64,000 nucleotides of DNA, taken from positions 52,204,001 through 52,268,000 of the forward strand of contig CM052819.1 in assembly GCA_028534125.1 (NCBI GenBank), read 5' to 3'. Position numbers and translations under genes: made by a program. Numbering within the stretch: the stretch's first letter is position 1; every line of letters starts with the position of its first letter. This DNA comes from Lama glama (Eukaryota). Below the pieces are notes generated by a model. It was not told where the DNA came from, searched no databases, and saw only the letters and a program-made list of their open reading frames with translations. Below are positions 25,941-40,419 of the stretch, one piece after another.

Positions 25941-27589
25941 AGAGCTCCTCTGCCATCAGTATCTTACCGTTTTTTTGAGGAAAAGTAGAATGAACCTTGT
26001 GGTGGTGGATTAGAATCAGATATATCAATATAAACTCCTGGTTGTCATAGATACACACAGATAGATAGAGAAGTGCAAATATAGGTCTACGTATATGCTT
26101 AGTCTATATATATATACATATATTTCTAAGGTGTTACCGTCAGTGGGTGCTGGATGGAGATAAGTGGGAAACGTCTTTACTATTTTTGCAACTTTCCTGT
26201 AAGTTTAAAATGACTGCAAAAGGAAACAGAAAGGAAAAAAGAAATGCTGTAAGAGTCCATATGGCATGTTAAAATGTCTAAACAAACTAAAGAACTTGCT
26301 ATGACTTCAAAGTCTATGTCAGTGTGACCTCTCCATGAAACCTCCCCTAACCCCCACCAGAAATCTCTTTCCTTGTAAGTCTTTATGGGAAAAATTATAT
26401 CCGAGATTGGAGAGAGATTTTTCTGATTCCTCATGGGATAAGTTAAGAAAGGGGTTAGCTATGAAGGAGAAACCTGGTCACACTCTAAGAAATGACTCTT
26501 CTTCGTCCCCTGCTGCGTTCAGGGGCAAGAATCCCATTAGGACTCTGGTTGCGTTGCAGAGCCGGTATGCTAAGTGGTCAGTCTTTCCCAGCACCCATGG
26601 AGGAGAAAAGCCTGGTTTAGCTGTAGGATGTGCACAAATGTGGCTCGGGGCAGGAATTTAGGAGGGGATTTTACAGGCAGCTCCTGCTCCCAGGAAAGAT
26701 TTTATTTTTCTCAGCATAAAACAAGAACCAATTGCACAGAAATTGAAAGTGTTCCAAAACTCTTGCACTCAGACTTCAAGTTCAATAAATAATTGTGACA
26801 TTTGTCCTGGGAAAGGAATAAATTACAGCAAAGGAGTCTGGATTGAAAATCAAGAAAGACCTATGTAACCTTCAGCCAGGTCAGTAAATACCGGATGCTG
26901 GCATGTTAACGTCCCCCTGTATGGTCCTTTCTAATAATCACAGATATCCCTTCCCTGAAAGGAAGTTCATCCACGTTGCTCTCTATAGCTGTAATGTGTT
27001 CACGTTCACTGCTGTAAGGTTCTCCATTGTATAACCATACCACAATCTATTTTTCCTTTATTGATGGACACTGGTCTATCATAAACTGTGTCACAATGAA
27101 TATTCTTATACATGGAGCCTATTGCACACATGTAATAATTTCTTAAATCCCAGTTGTTTTTGTGGAAATAAATGAAGACCAAAATGGTTTTTATTTAAAG
27201 ACCATTAAATATTTTCTTTTCAGGGTTTGAATAAACTTCATTGTTATAAGGGGGGACTCTACCAAACGGGACCTTATAAACCGACATGTGACCCCTAGGA
27301 TGTCACCATGGAGAAATCGATAGGTCATGATTGTGGAAGAGGTCACTGTAACTGAAGGGCATGATCCAGGGGAGGCCGGCCAGGAATGCAGCAGATGCGA
27401 CAAGCCAGGAGTGGTCAGATCACAGACAGGGTGAGGGAGACAGGTCCCTTCACTCCCCTTTCTTGTAGCTGTTCAGGTGACACAGGACCCGACCTGACGG
27501 CAGGAGGAAACACAGGAAGCAGGAGGTGAGCCTGATGGTGATATCCATTCCACGCTGCTCTTGCAATGGCTTGGAATGAACCCGGGCAC

Positions 27590-28080
27590 ACAGCACTCGG
27601 AGAAAAGCAAAACCCATTTACCAAGAACGTGCCACAGCAAAGGAGTCAGCCATTGTCACTTGCATTTTTGTAAAGACTCAAAGGAAGGCAGAGGAGTGGG
27701 AAAACTTTACAGTAGAAGAAAGGGAAGGCTACTGAAGGTACCATGATTACAGGCTGTTGATGTGGGGAACCTATAGTGGCACATATTTGACTTTCTCAGC
27801 TTGGTCCTAAGTTGGAAGTGAAGAGTATTAGGGAAGCTGACCGTTAATAATCAAGTCCTGATCATTTGGGGTCAATTATTACAGGAGTTACTGGTTAGCT
27901 TCCTGGATTATTACTAGAGGTAAAAATCTGTCTTCCTAGTCAATTATAGCAGGCTGGCTTCCTGGGCTGTTTCTTTTAGATAAGAAGTTAATTTTCTAGG
28001 CAGGTCATTGCAGGTTGTGGGTCAGAGATCTGTTTCTATGTATAGTCTGACCATTGTCCATCTGTATATCCAGTTTCTCA
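27590..28080 (-). mobile_element. Probable ERV1-class LTR remnant
   Basis: GGTCCTAAGTTGGAAG and ACTCAAAGGAAGGCAGAGGAGTGGGAAAAC resemble old MER-class LTRs; family not determined. Confidence 0.45.
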
Positions 28081-30479
28081 CTTTGGTGGCTATCTGTCAA
28101 GTCACTGAGTTTTCTTGAGATTCAGGGCATAGCAACAAAAATACATTTTATATTTTTATTTAACTTCAATAATATGTTGAATAGCTACCTCACTCTTCGG
28201 CACATAAATTATTCTGTCTTTTTGACATCTCTTTCAACTTGATAGATGCTTGACGGTATCTATCAGTGAACTTCAAGCTTGAAGTGTAGATGTTATTAAA
28301 AGAGTTCAAACATCAAAGTATTGGAATAGTTGATGCTCTTTCCCATTCTGAGCATCCGTGGAAGTGCTCCCAGTTGTCGTATCTTTGTGTTCCTTGCAAG
28401 AATAAAGGTCCTCGGGAAGCTAATGTATTTGCTCAAGGCCATACAGCTATTAGCTGATGAATTAAAATTTAAATCTAATTCTGATTCCAAAGTATATACA
28501 CAATTTTTTTCTTTCCTATATATAAGTGTCTCCCAATATTTTAGATAGATTTTCCTACCTCCTCAGACCACAGGAATACTTGCAAGGTTATAATGTATTA
28601 TTGATAGAAACCTAACAGAGAACCATGAACTATAATGAACAATTTGAATACAGTAGAGAACTGAAAATTATTTCACAACTGAATTGTCACCAGCAATGAT
28701 AAAAATTTGTTTTCTAATGAGTTGTTTTTCACTTTATAACAGATGAAAGTAGAAAATTCAAATTATTTTATATTTCATATTTTATTCTGAGTACTACTGA
28801 ATATGAAAATCCATTGTACTAAAGAGAAGAAAATGAATGACACAGTAGTAAGCTGATAGTTTTAAATTAAGCTATTCCAAACATCATTATGTTTACATCT
28901 TGGAAAGATTATCGCTTTTTTAAAGCAAAGGCTGTGGTTGTTTAATTTACTTTGAGAAAATCTGACTTTTTGCTTATTTAATTCAGTCATAGTTTGAGAA
29001 CCTCAAGATTTTGTTTTGTTTTGTTTTCTCTCCTTAGCCACAGAATCTGTTTTTGTATAACTTGTTCAAGAGAAACATGCAAGATATTGCATTTTTAAAT
29101 AATAAAAGGATACAAAATATGTTTAATATTTCTTAATATAATATTAAAATTAAATTATGAAAGGAACATTTTTCTTTCGTTATTTTTCATAAAAACTCCT
29201 ATTAGCATTTCCTTAAGGACCTTTTAGGAAATGATATTATAATAAAGCCACAGGGACTAAGTGCTCAGCCTAAGGGACAATTAGAGTGCATTGAAGTTTT
29301 CTAACTTTGTCACACTTTTTACAGCTAAGATTTCTCTCTCCACTTACCTGACCAGTTGTCACAGAGAAGTTGGATCTTTTAAATAGCATTAAACTATAAA
29401 GAAAAAGACATTCAATGGTTTTAAATATTACAACTGGGAACATCTGCTTGTTTATACATTCAGCACGCAGTAGTGATGACATGAGCTGATACTCTCATCA
29501 TGGAGGGTTTTCTCTCCCTTCACTTTGAGAAAATGATTGTGTGCGTGTCTAATCCACGGAAGTTATGAGGCATGGAACTGTGAGATCTTTACTATAGCTT
29601 GGTAAAACTTTCTACCTTGCTACCATCCTTTCAGAAAAGTCTAGGCTGGCTCCTGTCCAACCCCACAGAATCAGGCTGACTCATTCCAGTCACTTCCCTA
29701 AAAAGTCTAGCAAAGTGTGAAGCTTAGAAAGGTCTTTTCTTTTAAAATTACCCCCTTCTGTAAGTCCTAATCAAGTGAGATTTGTAACTCATTCCATATA
29801 TGTTAGTGCGGAGTAGAATCATTCAACTGAGAGGAATCGATGCTAGAAAATAATATACCTTAATTTTATCGGGCTCCATAAATGTTTAAGAAACAATATG
29901 AGTCTTATCTCAGCCTATTTGCAGCAGACAGTGTTGTTGAAATTTTTTAAAAATTTGAATGATGGGACTATGTTAGTGTATTGTTATGCATCAAAGGAGA
30001 AAGAATGCACTTTTGCGAGCTTAAAGAGTAAAACTGAAACTTCGAGTTCAAGGGAAAAACAATGTACCTGAAATTTTTAGAATTGGGTTTGAGTCCTGAT
30101 GTCCTTCTTATTAAAAGGTGTATGACCCTGTACAAACCAGGCCACTTCTGGGACCAGTTTCTTCTTCTATGCTAATGAGATAAGATCTGTTCTGCCTCTT
30201 TCACAAGATTTTAGGGAGAACTTACAATTCAATTCAATATATAGAACTTTGGTGAATGCGAAGTATGGAACTAACATTTTGCTTGATGCTTTCTATACAA
30301 ATGGTTAAAATGATGTTTACACAAATACATTGTAAATTGTGAATTCTATATAACTGTATAGAAATATTATTATATATAGGATAGTTCCTATACTTGTATG
30401 TCAAATGATGTGGCATTTCTCATTTTGAAAGGAGCAGGTGACATTTGAGAACACATACTTAATATTATGCAGACATAAT

Positions 30480-32930
30480 GTGCCTTTGCAAGAAGAAAAA
30501 AATACAAATCGGATACATTCCCTATGAAGAAACAAAGACTCGAAAATTAAGTTTAACTATACAAGAGACTACTTTAAAGCAAAATGTTATACAAAGGTTA
30601 AAATAAAAGGATGATAACAAAAATAAATCAGCCAAATGCAAACAAGAAGAAGGCTGTGGCATCAATAGTAATAAAAATAAAGATAATTCAAGGCAAAAAG
30701 AGTTACATTAAATCAAAATGATCATTTTATACTTAAAAACATTTAATTCACAATGGCTAGACAGAACTTTTGTGGATGGAATAATACATAAGCAAAAACT
30801 TTTAGAAGTACACAAAATGACAATCATATTGGAAGACTCACAGCCTTTGGCAAATATAATAAGCAAAAGCAAACAACAATAAAAATAATTTAATTACTTT
30901 AAAATACTTGAACAGATGCATACTGATATTTGTACCACTGGATAATATACATTATTTTTAAATAATCATGCAACATGTATAAAAATTAATCATATATAAG
31001 ACCACTAAAGCAATATAATGCAAAGTCAAAATTGGACAGCTATGATATTTATTCACAATATGCTAACATGAGATATCAGTTTCTAAAGTTTAACTAAAAA
31101 ATCACTTTAATTTGAAAGCAGAAGTTACTGACAAATAAATCTATTTCAGGAAAAGAACAAACAATTGATAAACTTAATGAAAAAGCAGACAGAAAGGGAT
31201 TATCTTCAAAGAAATTAACAGCTGACTTTTCAATAATCATTAGAGTTTAAATCCAATGTTTTATAAGAAAACATCTACTAATGTAGAATTCTATACCTGT
31301 CCTTTAAAAATAAAGATTAAAATTAAAATATTTTAACAGAAACAAAATTAGAGAATTTAAAGCCAGCAGATCCATATTAGGGGAAATATGAAAGGATGCT
31401 CTTTAGACAGAAATAAAATTATCCCAAAATGAAGGTTGTAGACACAAGTAGAAAATTACAAATGAATCTGAAAATGATGAGGATCAATAGAAATAAACAT
31501 CAATCAATTCATTAACATTAATGTTTTCCTAAGTTTACTAAACAGATAGGACTAAAATACATTACAATAATGACATCTTGGTCATGAAGGAGATAAATGG
31601 AATTAAAGAATTCTTTGGCCCTTATATAAGACAAAGATTAAAAATTTGATGAATATTAGAATTAACAAATCAACAACTCATGTTTTAACCTGTAAAATAA
31701 TATTGTAAACATCTCAAATAAGAGTAAGAGAGCATATAACTTTCAAGTTAATATAGTCAGGAAAATATAGTAAAAAATAATAAATGTAAATGAAATAAAG
31801 GAAGGAAAAATAGATATAAAAGAAGAGGGTAAATTGAAAAATGTAGAGTTAAGCAAAATATATCAGTAATTACATTGAATTTAACTTTTGCATTTAAATC
31901 TAATTGGAGTCTAAATATTTCAACTGAAAGATAAAGACTATCATATGGATAAATTAAAGTTTCATACTGTTTACAAGAAACACATTTCAAACATAAGGAT
32001 ATCAAAAAAATGAAAGTGGAAGAATGGAAATAAATGTACTATGCAAATACTAATCAAAAGAAAGCCAGAATAGCTATTGTAAAATCAGACAAGAAGAGTT
32101 TCAAAGCCAAAAGCATTTCTAGCGATGAAAAAGTAACTTCAAAATGATTGAAGATTTAATTTATAAAGAAGACATAATTCTAAGTTTGCAACTAATAATG
32201 CAGACTCAAATAATAATAGACTCAAACTATGTAAGATAAAAGTTACTTAACAAAACAATAGAAATTAATCCTTCAATGAATATTTGAAAAATATCAATAA
32301 AAACTGATCTAATTGATATACATAAAATACTACACCCCAAACTTCAGAATATGTATTTTTTCAATTACTGAAGGAATATTGATAATAATTGACCAATTTT
32401 ATATCATAAGGTAAATCTTAGTCCATTCCAATGGACTGACATCACAATGTCTTTTAACTAAAATGCAACTAAAATAGAAAATAATGATTTTAAAAAGATA
32501 GCTAGAACAAAAAATTGTCACTTTTTTAAATTAAGAAATGAGCTTTAAAATAGCCCATGGATCAATGAAATAAAAATGAAATGTAGAACATGCATTTAAC
32601 TGAATGATAACATAAATACTACATTTTGAAGCATAGAGAATTCAGGGAAAACTATGCTTAGGGGGAAATTTTTACCTTTGAATTCATGTAGGAGAAAAGA
32701 AATGAGGCAGAAAACAAATGACCCTTAGCTCATCCATCTCAAGAAACTTAAAAAAATAATAGTAAGTTAAATCCAAATAAAATCAAATGAAAGATGGAGA
32801 GAATTTAGATATAAATATCAAATAAACGAATGCAGTGTGGAGATCCCTCCAAAAGTCAAATGTTGATTGATGGAAGAAACTGGTAAAATTGCTGATCCTT
32901 GGTGAGATTATCAAGGGAAGAGAAAAGAGA
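30480..32930 (+). mobile_element. Degraded old L1 block (ORF1 end, inter-ORF, ORF2 endonuclease); probably two fragments
   Basis: Very A-rich plus strand. Around 31970-32090 it translates QETHFKHKDIKKMKVEEWK*MYYANTNQKKARIAIVKSDK (L1 EN domain). A second EN-like stretch lies at ~30560-30700. Confidence 0.8.
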
Positions 32931-35789
32931 GAGGGAAGATAGATTTGTTTTACTTTAGTGATTGGAAAGATGGGTGTAGATAGAACGAAGAACAGATTGC
33001 TAGCATGGTCAGCATCTCTGCAAATGTGGATTAGCAAACGTATACACTCTGCAAAGCAGTTGTTTTATGAATGATCCACTTTTTTCCCACAGGAATTTAT
33101 TATAATGGCTGGATTTTCTCTATGAGACTAATAAAACTCTCGGTTGCTGATTTAAAAAAAAATGGTATTTTATCTTCCCTTTGGGTAGTAACACAATTCA
33201 GAACATAGCTTCTTTTCCTCTTTGAAGTTCGATAAAAAGAGAAATTTCGACTCTGTATCAAGTGAATTGTACCAAAACACTTGAATTTTTCTCTATGTTT
33301 ATAATAGGTAAAAGAATGTGATTGGAATTATTCCTCTCACATGTGTTATGGCTTGTAATGAGACCAATAAATATGCAAACACACTGGTATGAATATGTTT
33401 ACTTTTGTCCCCAAATAATTTAAAGCATTAAAAACAATGATTTCTGAAATCTTTTAAGTCATAACCCAAATATTTATATTTTAAGTAGAGGAATTGGCTA
33501 GATCTTCTGATTAGATTGTGAATGTTGTTATACTTTACATTTAAATATTGTAGAATCTTAAACTGGGCAGCAAAATATATGGAAATACATAAAAATACAG
33601 TCATAAACACTGCTGTTGCACCTTAAAGAGTTCTTTATTGGCCATCAAATCAGCTGTACATTGTTTATGCTGATATTCTAAACATTCCACAAAATGTCCC
33701 CAACCCCTTTCTCACTCTACTACCTCTACTTATTAAGAATCCTAAGAAAAATCAGACTATTCCTTGTTCCCCAAAAGTATCTCTGCCATTCCTGGGATGT
33801 CTCTGCTCAGTCACTTCATGATAAAACCATCTTTCAAGGCTTCTCCATAAAAGCGTGTCTTAATTCCCTAACAAGATGTGATCTTTCTATCCTTTGCAAT
33901 TTCATAATACTTTTCTTGTATGTCTTGTCTAACTGTTGGCTTGTTTTGTTTTTTAACCACTGGACATCATCATTGGAGAACTTTTCTAATTTTAAATTTC
34001 TTAAAAGCTAGATTGTATCTTCAAGATATTTATATCTTTCTTATCCTAACTTGAATTGAATTGAATCAAGATGTTTGGAACTAAAGAGATATTAAATGAG
34101 GAGTGAGAAAACGGGAGATGATGAGGAAGAAAGGCATTGGATAAAAACACGTGGCTGGTTGAGAGGAGGGTGGAGCTTGCCTAGCATGGAGGGGAAAGAG
34201 TGAGAAAGAACAGTTTGGTTGTTTTTTGGCTGCTCCCATGTATATCAAATTACATTGGGGAATTGAAAGAACGTGAACTTTGGAGGCAGAAGACTTTAAT
34301 TTGAACAACATGCCTTCCTGAAAACTTCGTTTCTATATTTGTAAAAGGGGAGTAGTAATTTCTTCCTTATGAGATTCTGTGTATATGACCTTAATGAAAT
34401 AATTACATAAAGATGTTCAGTTATTCAATATAGAAAGCTTGATTTTAATTTCATTCCTAGTACTTGAAGGAGGAATTTATTTGATACGGGGGGAGACATT
34501 TTCTAATAAAATTCATATAAAATAAGTAGACATGTTATGAATAAAAATAATAATGAGAAGAGAAACACTAGCATCTGTGAAACTCCTTAGCTGTCGAGCA
34601 TGGCGGTAACCACTTCACACAAATATGCCATTGCTCTTCACAATGATTCTATTATTACTCCTGTTGGAGAGGTGAGGAAACGGAGGCCCTGGGAATTCAA
34701 TTCACCCAAGTGTTGGAGCCAGGATTTGCATCCAGATTTGGCAAACTCTGAGTCCATGCTCTTAACCACGGAGCTGCATTACCACACTAGGGGCAAACGC
34801 TGAGATGAATTTACTTTTCCTAGAAAAGTTATGGTGAAAGTACCTCTTGGAAAAATCACTTCTTTCTCTGAAAAACCCGGCTTGAAATGAATTGGTAGTA
34901 GGAGAGTCAGAGCCTCAATTTAAAACCACCGTGTCTTCCCCTCCCAAGTATCAGATTGTAAATATTACAGTGAATCTAATCGAACACAATTTGAGACCTT
35001 TTTGCTCCTTTCCAATTTGTTGTCACGAGCTTACAGCAAATTAAGTCTGTAAGAAAAGGAGACCTAGCCAGATCCATAGTAGGATTTCTATAGGATATAA
35101 CAGAAAAGCCTGTATATTTTAAAATTATGCTGTGGTTTAAAGCATTTGGACTATACAGGAATTTTTGGCCACCAGCATTGTTAAGAAACCGCTCAGACTG
35201 CAGAAAGGGAATTGGGTGTCCTACAGAGAAATCTGGCAATTAAAGGTGAAGCACATACTGGTCCACTTTGCTCAGTAATTGTACTAGCACAGAACAAAAA
35301 AGAGTTTCCTCTTTGAAGACTTTCATCTTAATGCCACTTGTCTGTTGCGGCACCTGCACCTACCCTGATGTAATCCGTCTGGCCACATGCAGATGGTCCC
35401 ACCAGTTACCATATTCAGAAAGAAAGAGTTAAATGACCAGAGGGAATCCACATGAACATCAATCATTAGTGGTCTATGTGGGGAGGAGACAATTCATAGC
35501 CAGGGTTTTTGTTTGTTTGTTTTGGAGGTATATTGCTGATTTTTCCTTCTAAACAGTGTCCTTCTTTAGTTTCAGTGGTGTGCTTGGATTCTTAGCTTTT
35601 GCAAAGAACATTCATCAATGAACCCATGATAACAGCTTTGTTATTTTGTGCTACTGGATTTAGTCCTGGTCTTGAGAAGTCGGAGAGCAGAGTTGGACCC
35701 TAAAATTCCTTGTTTATAATTGTGTGATTTTTCTCTCCCTGACAATTTCAGTCTAGGAAGAGTCAGTTGACAGTTGAACAGTTGCTGAA

Positions 35790-36185
35790 GAGGATTGAAA
35801 TGCAACAGGTAAGACCAGGGTAACCCAGAGACACAGCTGGAATTCTCTAACACACCAAGGCTGGAGCGACCAAGGAGGGAGGTGGTAAACTGGTGCCTGG
35901 AGTCCAGGGTCTCCTAGCAGAAGCTGGAACTATGAGGGATGGGAGCTGGATCGCAGAAGAGATGCAGAGAGCGCCAGAGGTGATTCCCAGGGTAGGGAAG
36001 TAACTGGCTTCTCCCTTTCTGTATCCACCCATCTCTTGCCACTATCTCTCGTTAGCAAAACCAGCAAGTCAGCTGACATATAGTCTGGCTATCCTCATCT
36101 GCAAGGGCCACCTCCTTACAATGTCATGCAGCACATGGGAAGACGGAAAGACGCATCTGAGGGTAATAGGCCCAGGGCTGGCAAA
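35790..36185 (-). mobile_element. ERVL LTR remnant (LTR33-like)
   Basis: GC-richer block with GCAGAAGCTGGAAC, TTCTCCCTTTCT...CCCATCTCTTGCCA and GCATCTGAGGG...CTGGCA. Confidence 0.5.
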
Positions 36186-36768
36186 GGAAGTGGGACTAGA
36201 TGACGAAGGGAGGGGCCTGTGTGGAAGCACTGAAGCAGTTCAGTATCTTAAACCAAAGTAGTGGCAGAGAAAATGGAGAGAAACAGATGAGTTGAGGTAT
36301 ATTTTGGAGGAAAAAACAGCATGACTTAGTGAGAGGTTAGGTTTAAGAATTAAGAGAAAAGAAAGTATTGGAAACAACTTCAACGTTTTTTATTGGTTGA
36401 GTTAATTTTGCAGTTTCTGCAGAACCATAAGGCTGCCACTCAGAATAATCCCTGGGTGTTTAACCAAACCGTTCCTCCAATTATTAATAAGTAGGAAAGG
36501 GTAGTCAGCGGTTGACTAGAAGTCAAACAGCGGAGAAGGAAGGGGATTGGCTGCTGACACGGGTTGCCATGGTAATTGTTGTTGGTTACTGTCATCAGGA
36601 GGCAAGGAGAAAACAGAAAGTTATGTAACCAAGGAACAGAGGATTTATGAAATAAGACGGCTTCTGGATATCTCTTTAGTCTGAAAAGGAGTATTGTTTT
36701 ACAGTATTGAGTTACAAAGACCAACTCACTAGGGAAATAAGAGAGCTAATATAGCAAGCAGCTACTGG

Positions 36769-36801
36769 GTGTGTGTGTGCGTGCGTGCGTGTGAGTGTGC
36801 G
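36769..36801. repeat. (TG)/(CGTG) alternating purine-pyrimidine tract
   Basis: GTGTGTGTGTGCGTGCGTGCGTGTGAGTGTGCG. Confidence 0.85.
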
Positions 36802-37809
36802 TTAATTACTTGAAAAAATACTTTGTGAATTTCTACAATCAATTAGCCAGTCAAAAAATATGCCTTTAAATTCAACATATCTGAACAAAGGGGGAGATTA
36901 AGATGTGGTGTGATTCATGAGCCAAGACACAAATGGCTGCAGGCTTGTCCCATGCAGCTGCCGCTGCATTTAAGGAGAGATGAAGTGGAGAGGACAAGAG
37001 GGCTCAGCTCACTAGACCTGCTCTTCTCAGCTGTTGCCTGATCATCATCCGCCAAGAGCCAGAACCTTGCCACCGATGCTTCTGTTACCATTGTTTAATA
37101 AAATGTTAACTTTAGTATCAATGTGAGAAAAAGATAGCAAAATCAATTTTATTAATAAATCATCCAACCATCTAATGATTAAAGTATCTCTATGGACCAG
37201 TAAACAGACATTATTTAAGTGCTTATCATGGATATGGCTTTGTGCTAGTTCCTGAAAGGACTACCGAGAATATAGGGCACACTTCAGCACAGTTATAAGG
37301 TCCTTTCATTTTTTAATTTTAGTAACAATTAATTAGCTCTAGCAACACTGAATTCCAAGCAAATTCACCTTCCTGGTACATATTGACATTTCACATACTC
37401 TAAAACCTCCATCAGATTTGTGGGGAAAAAGTGTATTTAATGAATCAGAAAAAGTTAATATGTAAGTACATAAGTTCCAGGATTTGAATAGATAATTGTA
37501 ATGTGAATATTATCAAACTAGAATAGAATGAGAGTTTGATATGAGCTAAAGAGTTATTAAACAGTTACGTTGTATCAGAGAAGCCCCAAAGCATCATCTT
37601 CACCTGTATACAATCTCTGAAAACTGACAAGAAAGCTATTACGAGGTACACTCCTGCACCAGGAGTAAGAAAATAACTGGATATTCTACATAGGGAATCA
37701 CTGAAAACCAGGTAGGGAATATCAGGGGACTTGGCAGAGCCAGGAATCTGAAGAGCATGTGCAAATAATTTGATAGAAAATGCATGAGGAGTAAGTTGAC
37801 CCAACTATT

Positions 37810-38000
37810 GAGATGGGTCCAGCAACTCCACCCTTCGGTGGTTAACCAAGGACTGAAATCAGGACCTCAGAAAGATAGCTGCACTCCCATGTTTATTGTA
37901 GCATTATTCACAACATCCAAAATACAGAAATGACCAAATGTCTACCCTTGGGGGAATGGATAAAGAACATATGGTATATAGAAAAAAATGGAATATCTTG
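37810..38000 (+). mobile_element. L1 ORF2 C-terminal fragment
   Basis: CTGCACTCCCATGTTTATTGTAGCATTATTCACAA...GAATGGATAAAGAA. Confidence 0.75.
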
Positions 38001-38019
38001 CATTTGGCATCAATATTTT

Positions 38020-38876
38020 ATCCATGCATGATTTTGTAACACTATGCATTGGATATTTGTAAAATATTAGTTTACTAGTTTATATAGTATTACAAGTGGA
38101 TGGTATATTTCATTCCACAATATTAACAAATCACCTTTATTAATATCACCAATATCATTTTAAAACATCTTTAAACACAGGAAAGCTGTCAAGTTCATGA
38201 TGGCAGATACACATTTTCCAAGCTGCAAGTAGATGTACACTTTCATTCGAAAGTGCAGATTTTACCGCAGGCAACAAATGTTCTCAGTTGTTTTCCTTAA
38301 AATGACAGATAAGCAAGATATTCCATTTTTTCTCATTTCTTTTATTTTCAAAGAAATGTTTGCATAATACCTGAGATTTATTAACCATAGTTTGTCTTTC
38401 AATCAGTCTTTCAAGTAAAAATGGTGTTCCGTGGAAAAAGCAGCTGGTTCAGTTTGCAACTCAAATAGTCACACGAGCACTTTGCATTGAGACAGCTGCC
38501 GTACCTCGGTGTGCCAGAGACGTGCTTGGCCCGCGCTTCTCATTCTTCACACAGGATATTAACAAAGCATACAGTCAAGGGTTGAGATTTAATAAAATTA
38601 ATAATTCTTAGTGGTTCATAAAGGGACATTCTTTGAAAAATAAACTACACTGATGCGGCAGAGAAGAATACTGTGACAACAAATATATTTTGGTGTCAGA
38701 GCCTTAATTCACGTTTAGATACCAGAAATTTCACCACCCAGTGCTTTTGTACCATCAGTGTAAATGACACATAACATCTGAGTAGAACTCCAAAAATAGT
38801 TTTGACTTCAGAAAACCCCTGAATATGTCTCAGGGTTCCCCAGAAGATTGAGCATTAAACTTTGAAAACCACTACA
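38020..38876 (-). mobile_element. Charlie1-like hAT DNA transposon fragment
   Basis: GGAAAGCTGTCAAGTTCATGATGGCAGATAC, CTTTCAAGTAAAAATGGTGTTCC and GCTTTTGTACCATCAGTG motifs, ending ACTTTGAAAACCACT. Confidence 0.75.
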
Positions 38877-40419
38877 CTGGGATGATTGTGCTGAAGAACT
38901 GATAAAGACTAATTTTATGATTCCCTTTATCACATTGATAAGAACCAACCCATTTTTCCCAAAATCCAATCTCATATCTGACATACCCAGTGTTACCAAG
39001 AATAACTGTTTGTATTAATATTGAAGTTATCAAATTGTCTAGATAATAGAAAAAAAAGTTTCCTGATTATGGTATTATTATTAAGCGGAATGTCTTCAAG
39101 TACATGATTAACTTTTACTAGAAACATATATGTGCAAAATAATTTATAAAAATTTCCTTTGAATGATCAATAATTCAAAGTTTTTCTCCGATTCTGAGAA
39201 GCCTTACCTTTTAGTTATTTTTACTTCTAAGTGAGAACTTTCACTGGAGATATAGCAAAGAATTCTAGAAAATAAACCTGTATCTGATTTTTCCTATGTC
39301 CTATATTAGTGGGTAATGTTACTGAGTGACTACGAGGACCAGGAAGTATGACTATTTGTTTAATGCTAACAACAATCCAATGATTTAGGTAGTTATTATT
39401 CTCAAGTAAAGCTGAGGAAATTTGAGTCTTAGAGAGGATTAATGACCTCATCAAGGTCACAAAATTAAGTAAGAGGAAATGAACTTAATCACAAAGCTAT
39501 TTAAGTGTCATTGTGAATTCCTGACTGATTAGAGAGTGAGAAAGCTCATGTCAACCCAGGTGGCGCCTCATTCTTAGAACTGTGAGTGACTTTACTGTTC
39601 ATCAGCACTGGCAAGCCTCTCACATAATCTAGCCCTGGTGTAGGTTCACGACAAAAGAGTTTCTCTTGGGAAGTTCTCAGTGTCTCTTTTCTGTGATCTG
39701 GGAGCTGAGTCATGATTATAGAAAGACTGACAATGTTGCCCCAAGACCTTGAAGTTTGGCAGAGAAAGTAGAACTTAATGTTGAGCTTCAGAAATTATGA
39801 CAGATTTTTGTACCTGGTTAGGATCAAAACTGAAAGAGGGCCTGGAAGCTAGTTCTTTGGGAACTTGACAGTAAAAACTCTCTAGTGATACGTGGAATAT
39901 GGCCTCTGAAAGATGCTCCAGAGGATGGAGCTTACCTGGGAGAAGTTTCTGACGTATACTGTCTGCAGCCCTGGGTTGCAGTGCGTTTCTTGTCTTTGGA
40001 GGTAGAAGGGATGACCACATGTCCAGGATGCTGGAAAGAGGATTCAGCTAGGCTAGCTCGTACCATTTGACCTCAAGCTTCTCATTCAGTCCAAAGTGGA
40101 AGAGAATTTTGAGCAAAGAAGAAATTGTCTTTGTCTTCACTATTTTCATTTCTATAGCTCCCTTCCTGGTGGTCAGTTCATCCCTGGAATTCTACAAAGG
40201 TGTAACAAAGGATGATATTTAATCTTTTATTCATTCTACACCTTTGCCACTTCACAAGGGGTAGAGATGTGATGTCACTTCTATCTTACACAGAGGATGC
40301 ACGTGGAAAAATCAGAAATAAAGAATTGTTACAGTTTTTTTTAGGAATCATTGAAGCACAGTATAAGACAGTGTTAAAGGAAAAGAAGAAAAGTTAATTA
40401 CTAATTAATTAAGAAGTTG

